Below are positions 1 to 8,394 of a stretch of DNA of 32,000 nt, piece by piece. The stretch covers positions 240,001 to 272,000 of the forward strand of contig NZ_AP019769.1 of the NCBI RefSeq assembly GCF_023169545.1, given 5' to 3'. Positions within the stretch are counted from its first letter, which is position 1, and every line of letters starts with the position of its first letter. The stretch comes from Nanobdella aerobiophila (GTDB taxonomy: Archaea > Nanobdellota > Nanobdellia > Nanobdellales > Nanobdellaceae). The notes beneath the pieces are model-generated. The model searched no databases. It had not been told where the DNA came from and saw only the letters and a program-made list of their open reading frames with translations. The position numbers and the translations under genes are program-made.

Positions 1-150
1 AACATTACTTTCTACTACTTCTATTTTATTAGATAATATAGAATATATATCATAAAATAATGCAACTAGTAATATAATAAAAAATAATAATATTCTCCAA
101 TCTTTTAGAAATGATTTTATATTCATAAGTTCATTATATATGAAACCTTT

Positions 151-732
151 TTATGGTTTACCTCTCGAATATCCTCTTGTTACCCCCATTGCTACAATAT
201 GCGCTATTCTAACTGGTTCTGGTATCCTTGAGTATTTTGAGGTTAACTTTATTATATTTATTGCAGTATCAAGGTCAGTCCCATAATATTGAAAAAATAA
301 TCTTCCGTACATAGTATCATAAAAATTTATTTCAGGATAATTATTTATTATATCTATTCTCTTTTGATAATTATGTATCTTTTTTGCAGCTAGTTTAAAT
401 TTTTCGATATTGGGTCTTTTTCTTACTACAGATATTATAGGCAGATTTAAATTATTATAAAGATATTTAAAATCTATTAGGTTAAAGCCACCAAAGGAGA
501 CACCATTTGTCATAATTATTCTTAATTGATTATAGTGAGTTGTTCTTTTTATCATATCTATTATTTTTTCATTTACATCAAATCCGTCAATTTCTATTTT
601 ATTAGATAATACGCCATCTATTTGCTTATATCCTCTAAATATTACTCCAATTATTATAGTTTCTTTATCTATCTTTTTATTAAAATATCCATCATCAATT
701 CCAATTATCCTGATTTCTCTTTTGATATCCAT
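151..732 (-). CDS. DUF99 family protein (UPF0215 / putative endonuclease dU type)
   Basis: Family-like motifs REIRIIGIDDGYF, GVIFRG...IDGVL, QLRIIMTNGVSFGGFNLIDF and VRKRPN in a 193-aa ORF. Confidence 0.8.
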   Translation of the reverse strand: MDIKREIRIIGIDDGYFNKKIDKETIIIGVIFRGYKQIDGVLSNKIEIDGFDVNEKIIDMIKRTTHYNQLRIIMTNGVSFGGFNLIDFKYLYNNLNLPIISVVRKRPNIEKFKLAAKKIHNYQKRIDIINNYPEINFYDTMYGRLFFQYYGTDLDTAINIIKLTSKYSRIPEPVRIAHIVAMGVTRGYSRGKP

Positions 733-1289
733 TTATTAATATATTTTTCCCAATCGAATTTAAAGAATATTATGCTTAAAATAATAAATATTATTGAAGA
801 GTATATAGATAAATTAATTAATGATACATTTACAATTGTACTAATTTCTTTTAATATATTTATCTCTATAAAGAGCTCTATGAATGATTTTATTATCTTT
901 CCAAATAGCTCTATAATATAATACAATACTATTCTTATCTTTTCTATACCGAATGATAAAAATAATAGATCGTCTAATGGTAAGAATGGCAATATGGCTA
1001 GTAAGAATATTATTATTATAAAATATTTATTTCTATATATACTTTTTATAAAGTTCATATTTTTATTGTTTTTCAATGGTTTAGATAATAATAGACCAAT
1101 AATATACATAATCAATTTTCCAGTTGCTGCTCCTATGCCAAGTATTGTTGAAATTATTAATATATTAAGATTATTTATTCCTAATTTTACTAGTATAGGT
1201 ATAGATAATAATGTAAATGGAGCTCCGAACAATGGAAAGGCGTTTAATATAAAAGATTCAAAGAATATATATAAAAAATAATATATCAT
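705..1289 (-). CDS. Multi-pass membrane protein, VTT/SNARE-associated (DedA/YqaA-like)
   Basis: Hydrophobic segments with NAFPLFGAPFTLLSIPILVKLG...ILGIGAATGKLIMYIIG, resembling the VTT domain; overlaps the next ORF. Confidence 0.5.
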   Translation of the reverse strand: MIYYFLYIFFESFILNAFPLFGAPFTLLSIPILVKLGINNLNILIISTILGIGAATGKLIMYIIGLLLSKPLKNNKNMNFIKSIYRNKYFIIIIFLLAILPFLPLDDLLFLSFGIEKIRIVLYYIIELFGKIIKSFIELFIEINILKEISTIVNVSLINLSIYSSIIFIILSIIFFKFDWEKYINKWISKEKSG

Positions 1290-1729
1290 TCTTCAAAATC
1301 TATTATATCTCCTACTGTAACATAATCATGGTTTTTTCTATCTCTGTTATTTTCTGTTAAAACTTCTTTCTTTATTATCTTTATATTTAATTCTTTTTCT
1401 ATTTTTTTAGCTGTATTTATATCTGGCATTATCTTTTTATTTTCTATTGCTTTATATAAGCTTTCTTTCATATTCAATTTTCTAGCCATGTCTTCTTGTT
1501 TTAAATTATTTTCTTCTCTGTATTTTATTAGTAATTTATTATAATCTTCATCTATTACTTCTGAAACGATCTCCATCACTTTTGTATTCTTGTTATTTAC
1601 TAGATTATTATTCTCATCTACTTCTTTTCCATATCTTTTACAGTCAATACATACTTTTAATATTGAGTTTTCTATGAGTACTCTATATAATCTTTCAGTG
1701 TTTTTTCCACAGAGTTCACAGGTCTTCAT
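1286..1729 (-). CDS. aMBF1-like transcription factor (multiprotein bridging factor, Zn ribbon plus HTH, TIGR00270-like)
   Basis: N-terminal CELCGK...CIDCKRYG zinc ribbon followed by a Cro/C1 HTH (REENLKQEDMARKLNMKESLYKAIENKKIMPD). Confidence 0.85.
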   Translation of the reverse strand: MKTCELCGKNTERLYRVLIENSILKVCIDCKRYGKEVDENNNLVNNKNTKVMEIVSEVIDEDYNKLLIKYREENNLKQEDMARKLNMKESLYKAIENKKIMPDINTAKKIEKELNIKIIKKEVLTENNRDRKNHDYVTVGDIIDFEE

Positions 1730-2349
1730 TTTAATAATTTTAGTATTTCATCTTTATATTCTAATGCAATTATTACTCCTACTATAATACCAAAAGATAT
1801 TGATGTAGACATAAGAAAATAATATAAAGTATTTATTAATATCTGGGAATTTAGACCTATATATGATAGTGCTATGGATAAAAAGATATAAATAAATAGG
1901 CCTTTTATTAGATTCTTAGCACCATTTTTTGTCTTGAACAATGAAGAAATCACTTCTCCGATTCCGACTCCAACTAAAACTATTATAATAGATATATAAA
2001 TGTAATTTAATATAGTAAAGAGTATATACGATTGTGGAAGATTAATGTATAATCCTAGAATGATAAAATATATTATTATATAATACTTTAATAAGTCTAT
2101 AATTATATTAGATAATTTTCTACCGAAGAACATCTCTTTATAAATCAAGGTCAGATTATCTATATTTAAATAATTTAATATTATTTTTGTAAAAAATATT
2201 GTTATTTTTGATACTACATAACCTATAGATAAGAATACTATTAATATAATAAAATCAGCAGTGTAGGTAGGTAACTGAGTAATCGTATCTAAAATTCTAT
2301 ATCCTATTATATTATATATTTTTATTAAAACTTGCCCTATGAAATCCAT
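1726..2349 (-). CDS. Membrane protein, mechanosensitive-channel-like conserved TM helix
   Basis: Several TM segments; VGVGIGEVISSLFKTKNGAKNLIKGLFIYIFLSIALSYIG resembles MscS-associated TM repeats. Confidence 0.45.
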   Translation of the reverse strand: MDFIGQVLIKIYNIIGYRILDTITQLPTYTADFIILIVFLSIGYVVSKITIFFTKIILNYLNIDNLTLIYKEMFFGRKLSNIIIDLLKYYIIIYFIILGLYINLPQSYILFTILNYIYISIIIVLVGVGIGEVISSLFKTKNGAKNLIKGLFIYIFLSIALSYIGLNSQILINTLYYFLMSTSISFGIIVGVIIALEYKDEILKLLK

Positions 2350-2404
2350 TATCTATATACATTATAAATTTTTATAAAATGAAATAATGAATATATAAAA
2401 ATTC

Positions 2405-2477
2405 GGGCCTATGGCTCAGAGGCTAGAGCGTCCGGCTGATAACCGGGAGGTCGGGGGTTCGAATCCCCCTAGGCCCA
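2405..2477 (+). tRNA. tRNA-Ile (anticodon GAT)
   Basis: Acceptor GGGCCTA/TAGGCCC, D arm GCTC..GAGC, anticodon arm TCCGG-CTGATAA-CCGGG, T arm GGGGG-TTCGAAT-CCCCC. CCA is not encoded. Confidence 0.96.
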
Positions 2478-2533
2478 TAATATTTATGGTTGTGCAATAT
2501 TTTAGATTTCTGTTTAATTATGTATATTAAAAA

Positions 2534-2643
2534 TGCGGGGGAGGGGATTTGAACCCCTGGCGGGCCTTAACCCATCGGGTTTCTTACTAATATTATTTAT
2601 TCGGTCTTAAGCCCGACCCCTTTGGCCGCTCGGGCACCCCCGC
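2534..2643 (-). tRNA. tRNA-Leu (anticodon TAA), intron-containing
   Basis: Reverse complement gives acceptor GCGGGGG/CCCCCGC, T arm AGGGG-TTCAAAT-CCCCT, a long variable arm, and anticodon stem TCGGG/CCCGA interrupted by a 25-nt insert. Confidence 0.93.
2581..2605 (-). other. Archaeal tRNA intron in tRNA-Leu(TAA), canonical 37/38 position
   Basis: TCGGGCTTAAG^ACCGAATAAATAATATTAGTAAGAA^ACCCGA. CTTA/TAAG can form the 4-bp central helix flanked by 3-nt bulges AGA and AAA. Confidence 0.88.
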
Positions 2644-2701
2644 ATTATCTTTTTATTAATATCGATTTCTTTTTTAAAGTTTTTTTCTTATAGATATATG
2701 A

Positions 2702-3121
2702 ATGGTAAATGTATATAAAAGAATAGGACTGTCAGTATATCAGGGTAAAGATAATAGAAAAGAGAACGGAAAATTAAAAGTTTCAAATAGTAAAAAAAGA
2801 AAACATAATTATGGTAGAAATCCTGTACTAACTAAATTATCTAAAGATGATAAAGAAATAAGATATATAATTAGAACTAAGGGTGGGAATACAAAAGTGA
2901 AGCTTAAATCTGCTCTATATGCAAATGTATTAAATCCTGATACAAAAGAAATTAAGAAATCTAAAATATTAGAAATATTAAAAAATCCAAATGATAAAAA
3001 TTTAGATAGGGAAAAAATAATAACAAAAAATACAGTAATTAATACTAGTCTTGGAAAAGCAGTGGTGGTATCGAGACCGGGTCAGGATGGAATCATAAAT
3101 GCAGTATTAATAAAACAATAA
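2702..3121 (+). CDS. rps8e: 30S ribosomal protein S8e
   Basis: GRNPVLTKL...IRTKGGNTKVKLKSALYANVLNPDTKEIKKSKILEILKNPNDKNLDREKIITKNTVINTSLGKAVVVSRPGQDGIINAVLI matches the archaeal S8e signature. Confidence 0.95.
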   Translation: MVNVYKRIGLSVYQGKDNRKENGKLKVSNSKKRKHNYGRNPVLTKLSKDDKEIRYIIRTKGGNTKVKLKSALYANVLNPDTKEIKKSKILEILKNPNDKNLDREKIITKNTVINTSLGKAVVVSRPGQDGIINAVLIKQ

Positions 3122-3151
3122 TCTTTCTTAAATCTAAAAATAAAACATATA

Positions 3152-3159
3152 TTTATAAA
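3152..3159 (+). promoter_or_regulatory. Archaeal TATA box (TTTATAAA) for the Sm-like gene
   Basis: TTTATAAA lies about 23-30 nt upstream of the ATG at 3182, the spacing expected for a leaderless or near-leaderless archaeal promoter. Confidence 0.6.
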
Positions 3160-3181
3160 ATCTTTTTTTATACTCTTTCTT

Positions 3182-3400
3182 ATGGAAATAATCAGACCTT
3201 TGGATATAATAACACAATCTAAGGGAAAAGAGATATTGGTAGAGATGAAGAATGGTAAACAGTATAAGGGTAAGTTAGTAGCATCAGATGTGCATCCAAA
3301 TATGGTACTAGAAGAAGTAACAGAATTAGATACGAATAAGAAATTGCCTTGGATATTCCTAAGGGGAGATAATATATCTTTAATAAAACCTCCAGAATAA
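3182..3400 (+). CDS. Sm-like (LSm) small nuclear ribonucleoprotein homolog
   Basis: 72 aa with RPLDII..SKGKEILVEMKNGKQYKGKLVASDVHPNMVLEEV (Sm1) and IFLRGDNISLIKPPE (Sm2). Confidence 0.92.
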   Translation: MEIIRPLDIITQSKGKEILVEMKNGKQYKGKLVASDVHPNMVLEEVTELDTNKKLPWIFLRGDNISLIKPPE

Positions 3401-3404
3401 AAAT

Positions 3405-3656
3405 TTATACTATATCGTCTTCAGATACGACGATATAGTCTCCTATTGCTTTTACGGCCATAAAAGGGACTAAAAATCCATCCTTTGTTTTTTCTAATCC
3501 CAATCTCTGACTATTATCGGTTGGAGATTTTAATATAATATTTAGTACTTCCCCACTTCTTTCTTCAAATTGTAAGTCTGCGACATCTCCCAGTTTCCTT
3601 CCTTTATCAGTAACTACAGACTTGTTTATGAGTGCTATAGATTCGTATCTATCCAT
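3405..3656 (-). CDS. PRC-barrel domain protein
   Basis: Small protein with VVTDKGRKLGDVADLQFEERSGEVLNIIL...FLVPFMAVKAIGDYIVV. Confidence 0.8.
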   Translation of the reverse strand: MDRYESIALINKSVVTDKGRKLGDVADLQFEERSGEVLNIILKSPTDNSQRLGLEKTKDGFLVPFMAVKAIGDYIVVSEDDIV

Positions 3657-3688
3657 ATATAAAAATACACATTATGAAATTATAAAGC

Positions 3689-4666
3689 TTATGCATCCCT
3701 TATACCTTCTTCAGTTATTCTAAATATAGCTTCTCTCTCAGGTAAATGTGGGGCATCAATTAATCTTGCTATCCTGGTCCTATCTTTACCTTTTCTCATA
3801 AATATTCTATATGTTATTGCATGTGCTAATACATGTCCACCAACTGCTTGCTGATCTATGGCGAAGAAGCCTTCTGGTTTTGCCATAACTTGGTTAGTTA
3901 CATATACGGCAATATTATATACTGTTGCTAATTTTAATAAATCTCTTAGATGCTGATTTAGCCTTTGTTGCCTTTCGGCTAAATTACTTCTTCCAACATA
4001 TTCTGCCCTAAAATGAGCAGTAATTGAATCAATAACTAATAATCTTATATTCCTACCTTCGTGTATTAAAGATGGTAATCTTTTAACTATATTTATTTGA
4101 TGATCTGAATTATATGCCCTAATAAATAATATGTTTCTTAAGGCAGAATCGGGATCTATTTGTGAACCCTTTGCTATTTGTATTATCCTTTCAGGTCTAA
4201 ATGTACCTTCTGTATCTATATAGACTGCTTGTGCAACCTTATCTGGTTCACTTAATCCTCCTTTTTCCTTTGGTAATTGTATATTTACTGCTAGTTGATG
4301 CCCAAGCTGTGTTTTTCCGGATCCAAATTCTCCGAATGCTTCTACTAGAGATTGTGTTTCTAAACCTCCACCAAGTAAATCATCTAGTGCATGGGAGCTT
4401 GTAGTTATTCTTTCTACATTTTTTCTTGATTCATAATATTCATAAGCTGTCTTAAATCCTTTCCCAACCATATCTTGAGCTAATTCTACTAATTTCTTGG
4501 CAGTTTCCTCTCCAACTCCTGCTTTTTCTATTAATTCATGAGCAGAAGTCATAGCTAAATCTTCTATAGTCATTATACCAGACTCCCTCAATTTTTGTGC
4601 AGTTTTTGGTCCTACACCTGGTAAGTCTTCTAGATCTACTATCTCCTTATTTTCTTCATCTACCAT
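3689..4666 (-). CDS. radA: DNA repair and recombination protein RadA
   Basis: HhH N-terminus ([16 protein letters not shown]), Walker [17 protein letters not shown]-like region, [25 protein letters not shown] and VGGHVLAHA. Confidence 0.98.
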   Translation of the reverse strand: MVDEENKEIVDLEDLPGVGPKTAQKLRESGIMTIEDLAMTSAHELIEKAGVGEETAKKLVELAQDMVGKGFKTAYEYYESRKNVERITTSSHALDDLLGGGLETQSLVEAFGEFGSGKTQLGHQLAVNIQLPKEKGGLSEPDKVAQAVYIDTEGTFRPERIIQIAKGSQIDPDSALRNILFIRAYNSDHQINIVKRLPSLIHEGRNIRLLVIDSITAHFRAEYVGRSNLAERQQRLNQHLRDLLKLATVYNIAVYVTNQVMAKPEGFFAIDQQAVGGHVLAHAITYRIFMRKGKDRTRIARLIDAPHLPEREAIFRITEEGIRDA

Positions 4667-4688
4667 CTAAGATATATAAAATCAATAT

Positions 4689-5279
4689 TTATATTTTTAA
4701 AAATTCTTTAATTAAAATATTCTTAATATCTTCTTTACTTAATGATAAATAATTTAAGTACTCAATCTCTTTATTATTTAATTTTAATGTTTTTGAACCA
4801 TGAAATCCTCTAGATTTTTTGTTGAATACGTCTAGTATTGGTAATAATATTGAAATTCCATTCTCATCATATACTATTTGGTTTAGTCTTGCATCAGAAT
4901 TTTCAGAATTATGTGGTATATATATTCTCGAAATTATAACAGCTTTATTTTTATTATATATCTTTTCATCAAATTTTGAATTTATATTAGAATATATATT
5001 ATATAGATTATATATGTATATCTCTTTATTATTATCTAATAGAAAGTTTATATTTACATTTTTATTTACTATAAATTCATTATATAATATTGCTTTATTT
5101 TGATTGTTTATTATTATATTTAAATTTTCGCTATTTATATAAAATTTATTTATATATATATTATTTCCAGGATTAATATTTATATTTTCCGTATTATATA
5201 TATTTTCTATTATATTATATCTATCAAATTCCTTATCATAATATTTCCTAAACAGATCTTTAAAATATTGAGAATCCAT
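4689..5279 (-). CDS. Short SufB/SufD-like protein (Fe-S scaffold C-terminal-domain-like)
   Basis: Overlaps sufC. C-terminal pattern (SENSDARLNQIVYDENGISILLPILDV...RGFHGSKTLKLNNKEIEYLNYLSLSKEDIKNILIKEFLK) resembles the SufB/D C-terminus but the protein is only 196 aa. Confidence 0.6.
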   Translation of the reverse strand: MDSQYFKDLFRKYYDKEFDRYNIIENIYNTENININPGNNIYINKFYINSENLNIIINNQNKAILYNEFIVNKNVNINFLLDNNKEIYIYNLYNIYSNINSKFDEKIYNKNKAVIISRIYIPHNSENSDARLNQIVYDENGISILLPILDVFNKKSRGFHGSKTLKLNNKEIEYLNYLSLSKEDIKNILIKEFLKI

Positions 5280-5949
5280 GTTCTTCTATCTTATTTATTA
5301 TTTCTTTTGATCCTATATATTTTATTTCGCCATTTAATAATATCATTACAACATCTATATTAATATCTTTTATAAATTTCATATTATGAGATATTATTAT
5401 AATTATCTTGCCTTCATTCTTTAATTTATTTATATAGTATTTTAGTTTTTCCATAAACTCTATATCAGATCCTGAATCTATCTCATCAAATATAATTACA
5501 TCTCTATTTAATAATATTGATAATAATAAGGATAACCTCTTCTTTTCTCCACCAGATAAATTATGATTTATTCCTCTGTCCAAAAAATTATCTGGCAGTC
5601 CTAATTCTTGGCCTATTTTTTTAATATTTTCTTCATTATAATTTTTTAATATATTCATTAATATGGTTCTTGTTTTTATGTTTTCAATCTCTATTGGATT
5701 TTGAAAAGAATAGTATATATATTTTGCAATTTCTTCAGTCTTCATATTTGTTATATCTATATCATTTAGAATTATTCTTCCTTCTTTTCTATAATTTATA
5801 TCATTTAATATAGCCTTAGATAATGTTGTTTTACCAGATCCATTAGGTCCAAATATTAAATATATTTTACCATTTTCAAAATCAAGATTTATATTATTCA
5901 ATATCTTTTTATCTTCAGAGTATATACTTAAATTTTCTATTTTTAGCAT
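5260..5949 (-). CDS. sufC: SufC-like ABC ATPase (Fe-S cluster assembly)
   Basis: Walker A GPNGSGKTT, NLSGGEKKRLSLLLSILLNRDVIIFDEIDSGSD (SufC-like Walker B and D loop), IIIISHN. Confidence 0.85.
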   Translation of the reverse strand: MLKIENLSIYSEDKKILNNINLDFENGKIYLIFGPNGSGKTTLSKAILNDINYRKEGRIILNDIDITNMKTEEIAKYIYYSFQNPIEIENIKTRTILMNILKNYNEENIKKIGQELGLPDNFLDRGINHNLSGGEKKRLSLLLSILLNRDVIIFDEIDSGSDIEFMEKLKYYINKLKNEGKIIIIISHNMKFIKDINIDVVMILLNGEIKYIGSKEIINKIEEHGFSIF

Positions 5950-5988
5950 TAAAGTTTTATATAAAAAATATTTTTAAATATAACAGGG

Positions 5989-6504
5989 TTATAATTTCCT
6001 AGCTTTCTTAAAAGATGGAGTTAGTCCCCTTAAAGCTCTTTTTCTGTTTTTTCTATACAATAGCCAGGAATATTCTTCTCTATTATATATATTTGGATTA
6101 TTTGGATCTGCCATTATAATTTCGTACCATTTATATTTTCCATCTTCAGCTACATAATATGAGTTTATTACTTCTAGATTTGAATACTTTCTCTGTGCTC
6201 TCTGTTCAGCAATCGACCTTAATGATATATCTAGAGGTCTATAATAGTAGTAATTTACAGTTTTTACATGTCTTGGCATATCTTTTCTCTTCCTTAGTCC
6301 TTTCTTCACTCTTATTCTTAATAATACAATGCCATTTAGTGGTTTCCAGCCTAATCTTCTTGCTTTATCTAATCTAGTAGGCCTATAAATTCTATGTATC
6401 TCTGGTTGCCTTCTAAATTCAACTAATCTATTTATCCATATCCTTTTAGTTAGCTCATTATCATCCCTCCAAAATTTTCTAATATATTTATATATAGATG
6501 TCAT
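5989..6504 (-). CDS. rpl15e: 50S ribosomal protein L15e
   Basis: RLVEFRRQPEIHRIYRPTRLDKARRLGWKPLNGIVLLRIRVKKG.RKR and SWLLYRKNRKRALRGLTPSFKKARKL. Confidence 0.96.
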   Translation of the reverse strand: MTSIYKYIRKFWRDDNELTKRIWINRLVEFRRQPEIHRIYRPTRLDKARRLGWKPLNGIVLLRIRVKKGLRKRKDMPRHVKTVNYYYYRPLDISLRSIAEQRAQRKYSNLEVINSYYVAEDGKYKWYEIIMADPNNPNIYNREEYSWLLYRKNRKRALRGLTPSFKKARKL

Positions 6505-6749
6505 TTCTTTTCTTCTTTTTCTTCTGATTTTTGTTCCTCTTCTAATTCCTTCTCCACTTCCTTTAATTCCTTCTCTAATTTTTTATCTTCAATTCCAATC
6601 CAAAGTAATATTATTCCTATTATAAATAATATTGGCCCTATTATCCCTTTTATGACTATTATAAATTCTGATAACCAGTACCATATCATAGCTAGTCCTA
6701 ATAATAATAAAACAACACCTATAATAGATTCCTTTATCCAGTCGTTCAT
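6501..6749 (-). CDS. Small two-TM membrane protein with charged coiled C-terminus
   Basis: 82-aa ORF, 4-nt overlap (ATGA) with the downstream L15e gene, two hydrophobic helices. Confidence 0.5.
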   Translation of the reverse strand: MNDWIKESIIGVVLLLLGLAMIWYWLSEFIIVIKGIIGPILFIIGIILLWIGIEDKKLEKELKEVEKELEEEQKSEEKEEKK

Positions 6750-6787
6750 CTTAATATAACTATAAATAAATCTTTTAAATATAATAC

Positions 6788-7666
6788 ATGAATGAAATAT
6801 TGCTTGAACTAAAGAATCTAATAGACCAGATCCCTAAAGGTTATGTTAGTACATTTAAAATATTATCATATTATTTAGGCTCAGAATATGCTGTAAGGTT
6901 TATATTAAATTATTATAGGAATTTGAATACAAATTGGTGGAGATTAGTCAATGAAAAAGGAATAATTTATAATGAGGAACAAAGAAAATTATTATTAAAT
7001 GAGAATATAAATATAGTAGGTAATAAAGTTGATTTAAATAAATATCTATTCAAAGATTTTAAAGTAAAAGAAAGAATATTAGAGAAATATAGAAATATAC
7101 AGATACAGCTAGCAAATAAAATAGTATTGAAAGACATAAAAAAATGTAATATAATTGGTGGAGTGGATCTAAGCTATAAAGGAGATATAGCATATGTTGT
7201 TTATACAATATTCGATAAAGATTTAAATTTATTGAATAGTTATATATATCAATATAATGTTGATTTTCCATATATACCATCTTTTTTATCTTTTAGAGAA
7301 GGAAATCCAATAATAAATACATTTGGTAATATAAAAGAAAAAATAGATTTATTATTTGTAAATGGACATGGGATAATACATCCATATAAAATGGGTCTTG
7401 CTTCATATATTGGTGTTATCTTAAATATACCAACCATTGGTGTGGCAAAATCCTTATTATATGGAAAGTTAATTAGCAATAATATTTATATAGATAAAGA
7501 GTTAGTGGGGTATAAAATAATTAAGTTTAATAGATCTATTTTTGTCTCTCCCGGAAATCTAATTACATTAGAAAATGCAAAAACAATATCTGAAAAATAT
7601 TGGATTAGAGGCGCCTATCCAGAACCGCTAAGATTAGCAGATTATATAAGCAAGAAAATAAAATGA
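6788..7666 (+). CDS. Alkyltransferase-like (ATL) domain fused to an endonuclease V domain
   Basis: N-terminus IPKGYVSTFKILSYYLG...NTNWWRLVNEKGIIYNEEQRKLLLNENINIVGNKVDLNKYLF resembles MGMT/ATL. C-terminus GVDLSYKGD...YIPSFLSFREG...LLFVNGHGIIHPYKMGLASYIGV..PTIGVAKSLL is EndoV. Confidence 0.88.
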   Translation: MNEILLELKNLIDQIPKGYVSTFKILSYYLGSEYAVRFILNYYRNLNTNWWRLVNEKGIIYNEEQRKLLLNENINIVGNKVDLNKYLFKDFKVKERILEKYRNIQIQLANKIVLKDIKKCNIIGGVDLSYKGDIAYVVYTIFDKDLNLLNSYIYQYNVDFPYIPSFLSFREGNPIINTFGNIKEKIDLLFVNGHGIIHPYKMGLASYIGVILNIPTIGVAKSLLYGKLISNNIYIDKELVGYKIIKFNRSIFVSPGNLITLENAKTISEKYWIRGAYPEPLRLADYISKKIK

Positions 7667-7950
7667 TTATTTTGTATATATCATAATAATTATATATAAT
7701 ATTTCTAGCTTTTTATTATAGATATATAGAGTATTTTTTCCTCGATATTATATATATTTTTTATAATTTAATAGCGATGGCCATTAAATATAAAAAATCC
7801 CTTATTAGTTACAAATATTATATTTTTATCTTTTAGAAAATTGTATATTTTGTATAAAATCTCATAGTTGTATATACTTCTATATCTGTTAAGAGGATTT
7901 TAAATTTTTTTACTTTTTTAAAAAATTTATATTATTATTTATCTTTCTAT

Positions 7951-8352
7951 CTATTCTTTGAATCCTTGAACTATTATTTTTTCTCCAATATCCCAAACTA
8001 AAACCTTTTGTCCTTCTTGTATTCTTCCTTTCATATCATCATCTAATATTTTTGCATCAAATGTCTCATAAGTATCTAAATTCATTACTGTATATTGTAT
8101 ATCTGAAACTTTTGCTATTACTTGTCCTCTTATTTTATTTATTATTGGAACTTCTATCGGGTCTTGTGTTGGTTTTACTAGTTCTGTTGTCTTCCCAGAA
8201 ATTATAGACCTTATAACAATTCTAGCTTTAGCAGAACCATGTTTACCTGTTTTTGCTGTTTCCATTTCTAGTACTTCCCATGCTTCATTATTATACCATA
8301 CATATGATCCTTTTTTCAAATCAACTACTTTTTTTACTTGTATCTCTGGCAT
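7951..8352 (-). CDS. eif5a: Translation initiation factor aIF5A
   Basis: VDLKKGSYVWYNNEAWEVLEMETAKTGKHGSAKARI contains the hypusination loop KTGKHGSAKA. Confidence 0.95.
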   Translation of the reverse strand: MPEIQVKKVVDLKKGSYVWYNNEAWEVLEMETAKTGKHGSAKARIVIRSIISGKTTELVKPTQDPIEVPIINKIRGQVIAKVSDIQYTVMNLDTYETFDAKILDDDMKGRIQEGQKVLVWDIGEKIIVQGFKE

Positions 8353-8394
8353 AGATTATATATAATCTAAAAATGTTTATATTATTTATATTTC
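8353..8394. promoter_or_regulatory. Compact divergent promoter region
   Basis: Only 42 bp separate the divergent starts of aIF5A and the M16 protease; the gap carries TATA-like sequence (TTTATATTATTTATAT) readable in both directions. Confidence 0.55.

Noticed and set aside
622-1787. Plus-strand ORFs 622..921, 994..1281 and 1590..1787
   Set aside because: Antisense to recognisable or operonic minus-strand genes (VTT-like membrane protein and aMBF1); low-complexity translations with no motifs.
4201-5103. Plus-strand ORFs 4201..4404 and 4819..5103
   Set aside because: Antisense to radA and the SufB/D-like gene; no domain signatures.
7059-7479. Minus-strand ORFs inside the EndoV gene
   Set aside because: Shadow ORFs opposite a well-supported endonuclease V domain.
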